DNA of 39,738 nucleotides, taken from positions 1 through 39,738 of the IMG/VR virus record IMGVR_UViG_3300050134_000089; one strand, given 5' to 3'. Shown here in pieces: positions 8,077-15,690 of this stretch. Source of the DNA: a virus. The notes beneath the pieces are model-generated. The model did not search any database. It was given only the letters and a program-made list of their open reading frames with translations, and had not been told where the DNA came from. A program made the position numbers and the translations under genes. The first letter of the stretch is position 1, and every line of letters starts with the position of its first letter.

Positions 8077-8656
8077 CTATCTGTTACTTATTGACCTAAA
8101 TTAATCCGGAGGATGGAATCGAACCATCGTGGGACTGACTTGTCACTTTCGTGGTTTGTCGCTGTCCGATCCCTATCACGGGACTGCCTCACACCATTAT
8201 GGCATCTCTAGCATATTTAGGCGGGCCAAATCTTCTCAGCTGGCCTCACTATTTCTCAATAGTGTTCAGAGCACCGCATCGCATACATAATGTTTGATCT
8301 TTAGGCATCCATGTATTCATATGTCCTAATTCTTCACATTCTTTATATACGTCTTCTCGCTTGCTGCGTTCAGGCTGATTATATCTGCATATTTGACGAA
8401 TAATATCGATGCATTCATCATAACTATCAAAAATATGTGTTAAACAAACTTCTTCTTGATTATGTATCATTTCACCCATCAAAAAAAACCCTGAGTGACA
8501 TTTTTGAACCCAAATATGTGAAATGTTTCTAAGATTAAATGCATCATCACTTTCTAAATATATCCATTCCATAATCTTGCCCCTTGTTGTCCGTCCACTT
8601 TATGCGGCGAGGAGTTCCAAGTCTATCAGAGAAGATTTATACAGCGCAACACGTCT
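8077..8656 (-). mobile_element. Group I-like intron A in the capsid gene (580 nt)
   Basis: P1 hairpin ACAGCGU-agacguguu-GCGCUGU (8663..8641) with a U-G at the phase-0 site. P10-like pairing GACAU/GUGUU with the exon 2 start. Shared blocks CUGAUAGACUUGGAA and ACAAGGGGCAAGAU. CAC-GAAA-GUG hairpin. 3' end AAGUAACAGAUAG. Contains ORF 8249..8572. Confidence 0.7.
8249..8572 (-). CDS. Intron A-encoded small protein (107 aa), no recognisable nuclease motif
   Basis: AAGGGG SD-like box upstream of the ATG at 8572. The N-terminal 65 aa resemble free-standing ORFs 19845..20036 and 20085..20291. The C-terminal part shares QPER..EDV with the intron C ORF. Confidence 0.6.
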   Translation of the reverse strand: MEWIYLESDDAFNLRNISHIWVQKCHSGFFLMGEMIHNQEEVCLTHIFDSYDECIDIIRQICRYNQPERSKREDVYKECEELGHMNTWMPKDQTLCMRCGALNTIEK

Positions 8657-8896
8657 ACGCTGTGGAACCTGTGCAGGGGGGTCGATGCCCGAATTTCCCA
8701 ATTGAATAGTTGGGGGAATCAAGGCTCTTGGTCTCATAAAACGGCATGTAGTTCCGCCATTAACAGGCATCGAAACCTTATCGCAGACCGTAATATAGTT
8801 CATGGTAGGAGTTGGGACGTAAAGCATAGCGGGAGCTAAGCTTTGTAAGATCATCGGCCCCAAATTTCCTGTATTCGTAATCATGAGTTTTCCCAT
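8657..8896 (-). CDS. Major capsid protein, exon 1 of 4
   Basis: MGKLMITNTGNLGPMILQSL...TTCRFMRPRALIPPTIQLGNSGIDPPAQVPQR. The F.R...L....L.(E/N)G..P pattern is typical of HK97-fold capsid proteins. Track ORF 8600..8896 continues into intron A (..VALYKSSLIDLELLAA*). Confidence 0.75.
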
Positions 8897-9045
8897 GTAA
8901 ACGATTATAGTGATATGATGATCGGCATGCGAACCTAACTACGCGGATTTTCAATCATATCTTTGGGAGGGAAGCGATTTCCTCTAACGCTGATGCATAG
9001 TACGATATGCGGCGAAATTTCTTTATATCTTATTAAATATTTAAT

Positions 9046-9255
9046 TTACCAAAACAATTCATAGTTATTGGGAATCTTTTTCATTCTGTATTCATCAGTT
9101 TTTGGTTTGAATCCATGTTTAGATTCATCTTTCACAGGAACATAATAGTAATTCGAATGTGAATGAATACTCCAGACATATTGCGACAAATCTTCATCAT
9201 CTTTTATGCGGACTAATTTATGTATATCGCCGCCGATCAAAGCATATTTCTCCAT
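9046..9255 (-). CDS. Hypothetical small protein (69 aa)
   Basis: Track ORF on the operon strand, between the scaffold and capsid genes. No motif recognised. Confidence 0.45.
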   Translation of the reverse strand: MEKYALIGGDIHKLVRIKDDEDLSQYVWSIHSHSNYYYVPVKDESKHGFKPKTDEYRMKKIPNNYELFW

Positions 9256-9263
9256 TGATAATT

Positions 9264-9476
9264 CTATGTTTTTTTTTTGGAGATCGGTTTTTCATCTTCC
9301 AAAATAAACCTAAACATTAGAAATCTGCCTTGCTCATTAGGAATAATACCCTCTGCCAAAAAATATTCAGGATAACAATCAACTGGTAGAAAACCACTAT
9401 GTTTGTTTTTCAATAAATCTAGATTTTTTTGATCTATTTTTACAACTATTCCTCTTGAAAGATCAGTGCTTGTCAT
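9264..9476 (-). CDS. Hypothetical small protein (70 aa)
   Basis: Track ORF, abuts 9477..9713. No motif recognised. Confidence 0.45.
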   Translation of the reverse strand: MTSTDLSRGIVVKIDQKNLDLLKNKHSGFLPVDCYPEYFLAEGIIPNEQGRFLMFRFILEDEKPISKKKT

Positions 9477-9713
9477 TTATTTCTTCTTATTTTCTGAATG
9501 GTATCCACAAATAGGGCAATAATTTACTTCAATTTTATGCTGATATCCATCGTCTTCTGAATCGTCACTATCTATGATTAAGTATAATTTTCCTAAATCC
9601 CATCCATATTCTATACATTTAAAAAAATAACTTTTTGAATAACATTTATGTTGAATAGGAGAAATGACATTTTCATAATTTCCGTTTTCTAACATCTTCA
9701 TTTCGGTTTTCAT
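9477..9713 (-). CDS. Hypothetical small protein with C-terminal CxxC (78 aa)
   Basis: Track ORF. ...HKC...KC...NYCPICGYH suggests a zinc-ribbon-like knuckle. Confidence 0.45.
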   Translation of the reverse strand: MKTEMKMLENGNYENVISPIQHKCYSKSYFFKCIEYGWDLGKLYLIIDSDDSEDDGYQHKIEVNYCPICGYHSENKKK

Positions 9714-9766
9714 ATGGATAATTTTTAAAGCATATTACGCAGAAAAACCAATCTGTGTATATTTCT

Positions 9767-10048
9767 TCAGGTATTATTTTGCTCTTGCATACGGGGCAGT
9801 TCATTTTTAACTTTTAGTTCGATAGATTTGCATAGTGGACATTTCCATAGGATGGTTTCTCGCTTATCTTCTTCAATAACCATATTGTGAAAATAAAATA
9901 TATGATTGTTTTCGCAAATCATTTCAGTATATTTTTTTTCTTTTAACATATTCAAGTGATCAATTAATCGGATAAAATAATCTTCAAACTCATCTAAAGT
10001 GATATTTTTTAAATCTTCATCGTTCGGTTTTTCTAAAAACATCATCAC
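9767..10048 (-). CDS. Hypothetical small protein with CPLC knuckle (93 aa)
   Basis: Track ORF. ...MICENNH...WKCPLCKS. No other motif. Confidence 0.45.
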   Translation of the reverse strand: MMMFLEKPNDEDLKNITLDEFEDYFIRLIDHLNMLKEKKYTEMICENNHIFYFHNMVIEEDKRETILWKCPLCKSIELKVKNELPRMQEQNNT

Positions 10049-10055
10049 TTCCTGA

Positions 10056-10271
10056 TTATTCGATTATCACATTATTATGAAAACGAAAACGAAATATATG
10101 CTTTTCCCCTAATATTTTACCGATGTCTCCTTTAAATACTTTCTTCTCGTAATCACAGTAATCTTTATACCAAATGAAGTCTTGCATATCCTTAAGAGTT
10201 CTTTCATTTTCTCTAGTTATCAATAAGTAGACATCTTTAATTTCTACTATACTTGACATCACAGGAATCAT
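10056..10271 (-). CDS. Hypothetical small protein (71 aa)
   Basis: Track ORF. Its start overlaps the stop of the scaffold-like gene by 1 nt. Confidence 0.45.
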   Translation of the reverse strand: MIPVMSSIVEIKDVYLLITRENERTLKDMQDFIWYKDYCDYEKKVFKGDIGKILGEKHIFRFRFHNNVIIE

Positions 10272-10918
10272 TATAACCTCAATCTACTCTTCAGTTCTTG
10301 CAATTTGTCGTAGGCATTCTTTTGTCCAACAGGGCTAAAATCTCCACCAGCTGCATAAGGAGCTGTGGCGACTCCGGAGGGTTGATAATATGGACTACGT
10401 TGATTCGCATTAATTTTATCTTGAACTGAAGCCACAGGCTTTTTAGGCTCATGTAATCCAAGTTTCTTAATCGTTTGATAGACAAGCTTCTGTCTGTCGA
10501 AATTATCGGGCATAGTAAGGATCGTTTCTGCCATTTCTCGATCTTCTTCATATAGCTTTTGAGCATGGCTCATTACATTATCGAAATCTGAGTTCCTCTC
10601 AAGCCACATTTCTTGTTTAATCTCATCTTTAGCTTGGGATTTAGCCATCTCCATCGCCTTTTGAATATCGCTTTGAGTCGTTTGTCCAAATTTAGCTAGT
10701 TTCTTTTCGAGATGCTTAGGCGCTACATAAGGCTCATCATCTTCAACGTCTTGTTGACTTGATTGCATTTCTTGGTTTTTTCTCTCAGCTTCTATTCTGG
10801 CTCCTCGCTCTTGCTCCAACTGCTTTTCATACTTAGCCTGAAGAGCACGGAAGTTCAATTCTTTGTCAGACGGCTTATTTTCTTGAGTCTGGGCAATAGC
10901 GGCTTGATTTTCTGTCAT
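10271..10918 (-). CDS. Putative scaffolding protein (215 aa, charged, coiled-coil-like)
   Basis: Highly charged, helix-prone sequence (..LQAKYEKQLEQERGARIEAERKNQEMQ..) between the portal and capsid genes. The call rests on composition and position only. Confidence 0.5.
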   Translation of the reverse strand: MTENQAAIAQTQENKPSDKELNFRALQAKYEKQLEQERGARIEAERKNQEMQSSQQDVEDDEPYVAPKHLEKKLAKFGQTTQSDIQKAMEMAKSQAKDEIKQEMWLERNSDFDNVMSHAQKLYEEDREMAETILTMPDNFDRQKLVYQTIKKLGLHEPKKPVASVQDKINANQRSPYYQPSGVATAPYAAGGDFSPVGQKNAYDKLQELKSRLRL

Positions 10919-10948
10919 GAATTTTCTCCTGAATATTAAGATTATCTC

Positions 10949-10977
10949 TTGATATTTTTAATTAAAAATAATATTTA
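10949..10977 (+). promoter_or_regulatory. Candidate sigma70-type promoter for the plus-strand island
   Basis: TTGATA (10949..10954), 17 nt, TATTTA (10972..10977), about 10 nt before the ATG at 10987. AT-rich context, so chance matches are likely. Confidence 0.3.
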
Positions 10978-10986
10978 TATCAAGCT

Positions 10987-11529
10987 ATGAAAAAAAATAT
11001 CATCATTCCATTCAAAACTGATGCTCATGAAGCCCATGATAGGCTCAAACATCTAATAAAAGATCAGTCTGAGAATGTATATCAAGGTGTTGAGAAATGT
11101 ATCAGAAACAATCCATTAGCCTTGGAAATACAAGATAGATCTCCTTATGTCTATATCTTTGCACATGCAAGAACTCATGACAATGGTGTAGACAAGGTTT
11201 TGTATTGGAACCCGCGCTTATCTATTCCTGAGGCACAAATCAATTCCTATCTCTTCAGAGTAAATTCCCATACGGATAATATATTAGTCGTTTGGATGAT
11301 TCCCCCTTATGAAATGTGGAGTCAATATAAAGAAGGCAATGTCACAGAAAGCAATTGGGTGCTATGGTCTATCAATCAATATGCCAATAACAAGAAAGAC
11401 TTAGAAAAACCCCATCCTGAAGATATGCCAGAGGAAAGAGGTCGCTTGATAATGCAGCAAATTGTTAATGATCACCGAAATAATTTGAAATGCAGAAAGA
11501 TTGTGGATATATTCGATAATATGGAGTGA
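10987..11529 (+). CDS. Hypothetical protein (180 aa), accessory island
   Basis: Track ORF on the opposite strand to the surrounding morphogenesis operon. Overlaps the next ORF (ATGA-type coupling). No motif recognised. Confidence 0.55.
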   Translation: MKKNIIIPFKTDAHEAHDRLKHLIKDQSENVYQGVEKCIRNNPLALEIQDRSPYVYIFAHARTHDNGVDKVLYWNPRLSIPEAQINSYLFRVNSHTDNILVVWMIPPYEMWSQYKEGNVTESNWVLWSINQYANNKKDLEKPHPEDMPEERGRLIMQQIVNDHRNNLKCRKIVDIFDNME

Positions 11530-11870
11530 AAATGGCAAATGATAAACGATTTATAGATGGGAAACCATTTTCTGATTATTCTACGCATTCAGGTGAGGAA
11601 ATAAAGTTTAATAAATTCAATTGGTTTGACGAAACTTATATTTTAAAAAATAATGAATGTCCTCAATGCTCTGGATGTGGAAAAGGATTTATAGATCCTA
11701 AATTACCTGAAGATGGAAATTATGATACAGCTATCGCAACTATGAATGAATCATTAGAAAAGTATATACAAATACAAATTGAAATTGAATTAAATTTACT
11801 GAGAATTAAGACGGAACAGAAAGTTCGAAATAGATATTCTAAATTTAGACAACAGAACGAAGACGATTAA
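11526..11870 (+). CDS. Hypothetical protein with CPQCSGCG knuckle and coiled-coil tail (114 aa)
   Basis: Track ORF, coupled to 10987..11529. Confidence 0.5.
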   Translation: MKMANDKRFIDGKPFSDYSTHSGEEIKFNKFNWFDETYILKNNECPQCSGCGKGFIDPKLPEDGNYDTAIATMNESLEKYIQIQIEIELNLLRIKTEQKVRNRYSKFRQQNEDD

Positions 11871-11892
11871 TATGTCATAAGATTTTAGAGGA

Positions 11893-12228
11893 GTGAAGGT
11901 GAAATTATCACGCGAAGAGTTGTTTAAAAAATTCCCTGAATTAAATAAATTCCAAGATCAAAAATGGTTAAGCGAAGAAGCTATCAAATCCGACTGTAAT
12001 TATAAAAAATTACCTCTTCTCGCTTGTTTCAAAATGATAAAAAATTTAATTTATTTTATTGATAAAACAAGATTTTCAAATCATTGGGAAGAATGTTTTA
12101 GTGTAAAGAATAGACTTATGCAAATTGAAAGTTTGCTCTCCTTTTTCTGTGAAGATACTATTACAGAGCAAACTTTAAAAGGAGATAATATCAATCTACC
12201 ACATCCCATTGAGATGAAACCAAAATAG
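11893..12228 (+). CDS. Hypothetical protein (111 aa)
   Basis: Track ORF (GTG start; an alternative GTG at 11899 has better SD spacing). Its 3' end overlaps the convergent gene 12191..12409 by 38 nt. Confidence 0.4.
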   Translation: MKVKLSREELFKKFPELNKFQDQKWLSEEAIKSDCNYKKLPLLACFKMIKNLIYFIDKTRFSNHWEECFSVKNRLMQIESLLSFFCEDTITEQTLKGDNINLPHPIEMKPK

Positions 12229-12409
12229 AAAAAGGTACGCAAGGCGAAAGATCGGTTTCATCTGAAGTAATAGCGATATATTTTATCATCATCTCTCCAA
12301 AGATTTTCATTTTTTCTTCTTTTATTCCTATATATTTTTCATCTGGCCAAGATTTTAATTTGACCTTTTTACCTTCTTTCATTAATTCCATAGCTTCGAA
12401 AAAATCCAT
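12191..12409 (-). CDS. DUF2829-family protein (Tad2-like candidate anti-Thoeris sponge), 72 aa
   Basis: MDFFEAMELMKEGKKVKLKSWPDEKYI....SILVSSQWDVVD matches the recalled DUF2829 pattern (F.eAl..lk.GkkV.R..W....yi ... DlLa.DW.vv). Confidence 0.55.
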   Translation of the reverse strand: MDFFEAMELMKEGKKVKLKSWPDEKYIGIKEEKMKIFGEMMIKYIAITSDETDLSPCVPFSILVSSQWDVVD

Positions 12410-12424
12410 ATAGTCTCCTTTATA

Positions 12425-12640
12425 TTAAACTACTGATTTAGGAGGAGTTCCAATCTGCTTCTTAGTCAATGTCACATTCATAAGACTATCTTTGCGAGAT
12501 TTGCCAAGCTTTTGTTTAACGCCGGTTCCGTAATTATCCCCCATGCCAAACGGGGTATTTGCAGTATGTGCAAACCTTGGCTTCTTGGGCTTCTTAGGAT
12601 CTCTGCGATTAGGTTGTTGAGCTTGTTGGGCTATCGCCAT
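12425..12640 (-). CDS. Small basic protein with GDNYGTGVKQKLGK motif (71 aa)
   Basis: Track ORF. Shares the G.NYG.GV.Q..GK motif with 12773..13036. Its position after the portal gene suggests a virion/internal protein. Confidence 0.5.
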   Translation of the reverse strand: MAIAQQAQQPNRRDPKKPKKPRFAHTANTPFGMGDNYGTGVKQKLGKSRKDSLMNVTLTKKQIGTPPKSVV

Positions 12641-12773
12641 GATTCACCATGTATTTGTCGAATATTTTATTACAGAACCAAATGACATTGAAAGGTCGTG
12701 ATTCGCAATTTTCTTCATCAAATTCGTAAAGAATATCTCTTAAATCATTAATTGTAATCGTTATCGTTTCCAT
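12609..12773 (-). CDS. Hypothetical micro-protein (54 aa)
   Basis: Hand-translated METITITINDLRDILYEFDEENCESRPFNVIWFCNKIFDKYMVNHGDSPTSSTT. TAATG coupling to the upstream gene. Overlaps the next gene by 32 nt. Confidence 0.35.
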   Translation of the reverse strand: METITITINDLRDILYEFDEENCESRPFNVIWFCNKIFDKYMVNHGDSPTSSTT

Positions 12774-13036
12774 TAATTTTTATCTGGCACTTCTACATTG
12801 CTAACAGCCCCTTTATGCACATAGTCTGTTTTCATAGTATTGACACGACCAATAGGTACTGCATAGCCTTCGGCTTTAAACTTTCCTACTGGTTGTGCCA
12901 CACCAACACCATAATTAGTACCTGCCCGTGTATAACAAGCTGTTCGCTCATCATATACTGGCTGATCAAAGTTCCAGGGATCTTTAACTTTTTTACCTGA
13001 TGGAACTTCCGTTCGGTCTTTGAATCCTGTTTTCAT
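12773..13036 (-). CDS. Small protein with GTNYGVGVAQPVGK motif (87 aa)
   Basis: Track ORF. Motif paralog of 12425..12640. Confidence 0.5.
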   Translation of the reverse strand: MKTGFKDRTEVPSGKKVKDPWNFDQPVYDERTACYTRAGTNYGVGVAQPVGKFKAEGYAVPIGRVNTMKTDYVHKGAVSNVEVPDKN

Positions 13037-13102
13037 ATATGCCTTTTATAAGTCTGGACTTACTCTAATCGGAGTACTCAAGTCTAATTAGATGCCAGAG
13101 AA

Positions 13103-13330
13103 TTAGTTCCTATAGCCAGGCTTCATGTCATGCCCTTTGGCTTTCTTCTTATTCATTTCTTGTTGGCGTTTGATAGCCTCTGTCGTATCTTCATAAGAAG
13201 ATAAATGACCATCGTGACCATCATCTGACTCGGATTTCATTTTAGCATTTTCAGGAAATACAGTTCCTTTTGGCTTCCCACCAGCCCAGAAACTATGGTC
13301 ATCTATGCGCTGTCCACCACTCATAATCAC
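13103..13330 (-). CDS. Small charged protein (75 aa)
   Basis: Track ORF, 2 nt downstream of the portal stop. Confidence 0.5.
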   Translation of the reverse strand: MIMSGGQRIDDHSFWAGGKPKGTVFPENAKMKSESDDGHDGHLSSYEDTTEAIKRQQEMNKKKAKGHDMKPGYRN

Positions 13331-13332
13331 CT

Positions 13333-15465
13333 CTAACTTAATTGTTGTTGAGGAGCGTTTTGCCCCATCGTATTTTGAGAGGGATTTTTTTGCAATCCCC
13401 CCATTATCTTTGACATAAACTCATTCGACAATGCTTCTTGATGAGCCTTATTCTTATCGACATCTTCAATTGCTTGCTGACGATAATCAAATGATTCAAT
13501 CTCACTCATCTTAAGATTGGTCTCAATCTCTCCATAGCGTTGAATGACATCAATCATCTTCTCAAGAGCTTCCATCTTAGCTTTAGTGGAAAGAGCACGG
13601 TTCTTAGATACTTCCGCCATGCGTTCTTCAAGAAGACCAATATTACTCTCAAATCTACCATAGCGCTCTTTAGCCATTGCAATATTAGCTGCTGATTTAG
13701 AGAGCATCTCTTTGAGTTTCGCTTCTTCAAATGAATGTTGAATGTTTTGCTCTTCTTCTTGAATGGCTTGCGCTTGTTCTTCTTGTTGTTGCAGGAATGG
13801 AATAATCTCGCCTTTACCAGTAATATTGAGTTTAGGAATGATCATTGAAGGTGGGAAGACTTCGCGACCAAATGCAGCATTCATTTCAAGCATTTGCTGA
13901 GCTTGCAGATTCGATTGAGTAGGCGTTAATTCACCCTCTTCGACCAATACACTATATTTTGCAAATATTTTAGAATAAAAGAACGGCGAAGGCTCTTCGT
14001 TTATGAGTAATTTAACCTTTTCGGCATTCCAATTGTTGAGAACTATAGATAAAAGCTTATCTCCAAGCATTTTTAAAGAATAATCCCATTGATCAAAGTA
14101 CTTTTGGAATACCATCAGATTCGCAGCTTGCTTAATCATGGCAGTCAAAGCGCTTGTCTGCTTATCCTGTTGGCCTGACCAGTTTTCTAGATTGATACCT
14201 GAGGTTTGATACATCAAATTCATCATTTGTTCAGCAAGAGCCATATCGGATTCGGGAACACCGCTAGGAATGATCTTCTCGACATCGGTCATTTCAAAAC
14301 CATCATTGACGAGGATATCCCAACCTTGACCCGATTTCTTTAGATTATCTTCGTTAGCGACTGCCCCTACTTTTCGTTTCCATCCTGCATTAATTGTAGC
14401 CGCTGTAATATCGTTATTTTGTATCACCTTCCAATTGAATAGATATTGGCTCGATCTCATGGTCCGGATTAGGCCTCTCACACGTAGGTCAAAATAGGTG
14501 TTATGAGGTTCATAATTCCAGAATACCGGCACGAAAGGACACCCATCGAATCCTAGCGGATTTTCGCCTTGGTACATAAGAGAATCATTTAATATCGTTG
14601 CTAGTTTCCAGCAAGGGACATCGACATCAACTACTTCCATATCGGGAATATTATAGAGAATGGCGTCTAAATCTGCATCGGGTGCGAAATCAAAGAATTG
14701 GTTCTTAGTGTGGCTATAAAGCTTTTTCTTTTTCTTTTTCCATTTGTACCACACATAAGAAAGCACCATGAGATCATTACGGGCCATGTTATAATTCTCT
14801 GGCAGAAAATAAAACGATCCATATCTTTGAGGCGTACCTGACATAGGTGCAATGTTCTGTATCTTATCTGGAAAGCGTTCCTCAGCCTCTTTTTTAGAGA
14901 TATACTCTTGACACCATACGTAGGAAGCATCGGACATGGAATGGTCCCTAAAATAGGGATCAACGAGAAACGAGTTGTATTCCCACAATTTGACCTTAAG
15001 ACTCCCTTGTGCCGGATCATCTTGATAGTCTAAGTATGGCTGTAATAATACCATCCCACAAATAGCCGCTTGGTGACATGCTCTTGAGAATTGTTCGTTG
15101 ATACCCTCTTTATTGACTACATGCGTTATCAGTTTAGTATATTGATCAGTCGTTTGAGCATCTGCGCCGTCTGTAGGTGTATATACAATCGATTTTCTAT
15201 GCTGAGATTGATAGCCACTAACCATGTTTATAGGCTGTTGGCATATATTGAAGTAATATTCGTTATTATTTGTGCTTTGAGCTGCACCGAAATGTCTATT
15301 AACGTAACTCTGAGCACCTGCATAAAACATAGTGTCAATATTACTCTGATTCCAACGACTTTGCTCAATCGGCTGAAATTTGCTATAGAGATTATCCAAC
15401 CATTGGCGCACATTGCCTTGATTAGGCTCTAGGGCATTATTCCAAGGTGGATAGTAAAAAGTCAT
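13333..15465 (-). CDS. Portal protein
   Basis: 710-aa ORF immediately downstream of the terminase genes, with a long helical, charged C-terminal region. Size and synteny are typical of podovirus/P22-like portals. No search was run. Confidence 0.7.
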   Translation of the reverse strand: MTFYYPPWNNALEPNQGNVRQWLDNLYSKFQPIEQSRWNQSNIDTMFYAGAQSYVNRHFGAAQSTNNNEYYFNICQQPINMVSGYQSQHRKSIVYTPTDGADAQTTDQYTKLITHVVNKEGINEQFSRACHQAAICGMVLLQPYLDYQDDPAQGSLKVKLWEYNSFLVDPYFRDHSMSDASYVWCQEYISKKEAEERFPDKIQNIAPMSGTPQRYGSFYFLPENYNMARNDLMVLSYVWYKWKKKKKKLYSHTKNQFFDFAPDADLDAILYNIPDMEVVDVDVPCWKLATILNDSLMYQGENPLGFDGCPFVPVFWNYEPHNTYFDLRVRGLIRTMRSSQYLFNWKVIQNNDITAATINAGWKRKVGAVANEDNLKKSGQGWDILVNDGFEMTDVEKIIPSGVPESDMALAEQMMNLMYQTSGINLENWSGQQDKQTSALTAMIKQAANLMVFQKYFDQWDYSLKMLGDKLLSIVLNNWNAEKVKLLINEEPSPFFYSKIFAKYSVLVEEGELTPTQSNLQAQQMLEMNAAFGREVFPPSMIIPKLNITGKGEIIPFLQQQEEQAQAIQEEEQNIQHSFEEAKLKEMLSKSAANIAMAKERYGRFESNIGLLEERMAEVSKNRALSTKAKMEALEKMIDVIQRYGEIETNLKMSEIESFDYRQQAIEDVDKNKAHQEALSNEFMSKIMGGLQKNPSQNTMGQNAPQQQLS

Positions 15466-15626
15466 TTAGCCTCTTTTATTTCTATGAAACCGTTGAGAGC
15501 GAAATCAAGAATGTCTGCTTTCCTAGCACATAAAGACTCAAAGGTTTCTCTCTCCAACTGGACTCCGAACCAATTGACTTTTTCTTTTTCTAATTGAGTC
15601 TCTTTAAATTCAGGTATTAAAGACAT
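15462..15626 (-). CDS. Hypothetical micro-protein (54 aa) between terminase and portal
   Basis: Hand-translated MSLIPEFKETQLEKEKVNWFGVQLERETFESLCARKADILDFALNGFIEIKEAK. The stop overlaps the portal ATG (ATGA). Confidence 0.4.
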   Translation of the reverse strand: MSLIPEFKETQLEKEKVNWFGVQLERETFESLCARKADILDFALNGFIEIKEAK

Positions 15627-15690
15627 TTGGAATGACCTCTCTAGAGTTATATCAAATAATTCATACTTATATCTTTAATAGGGTATAAGT

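Noticed and set aside
8104-8130. tRNA-like T-arm (GATGG-TTCGATT-CCATC followed by CTCCGGA) on the minus strand inside intron A. I briefly considered it as a possible suppressor tRNA for the capsid TAA.
   Set aside because: No complementary 5' acceptor strand (TCCGGAG) and no D-arm or anticodon arm can be drawn at the required spacing. The region instead folds as intron hairpins (AUCGGA/UCCGGAU stem, CAC-GAAA-GUG). It is treated as part of the ribozyme 3' domain.
6981-8896. C-terminal extensions of track ORFs 8600..8896 (..VALYKSSLIDLELLAA*) and 6981..7223 (..KMCAELKLWVIDLECLAMAA*), which look like a shared protein motif.
   Set aside because: They are translations running into the conserved 5' parts of introns A and C (GACUUGGA.. 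block), not coding sequence.
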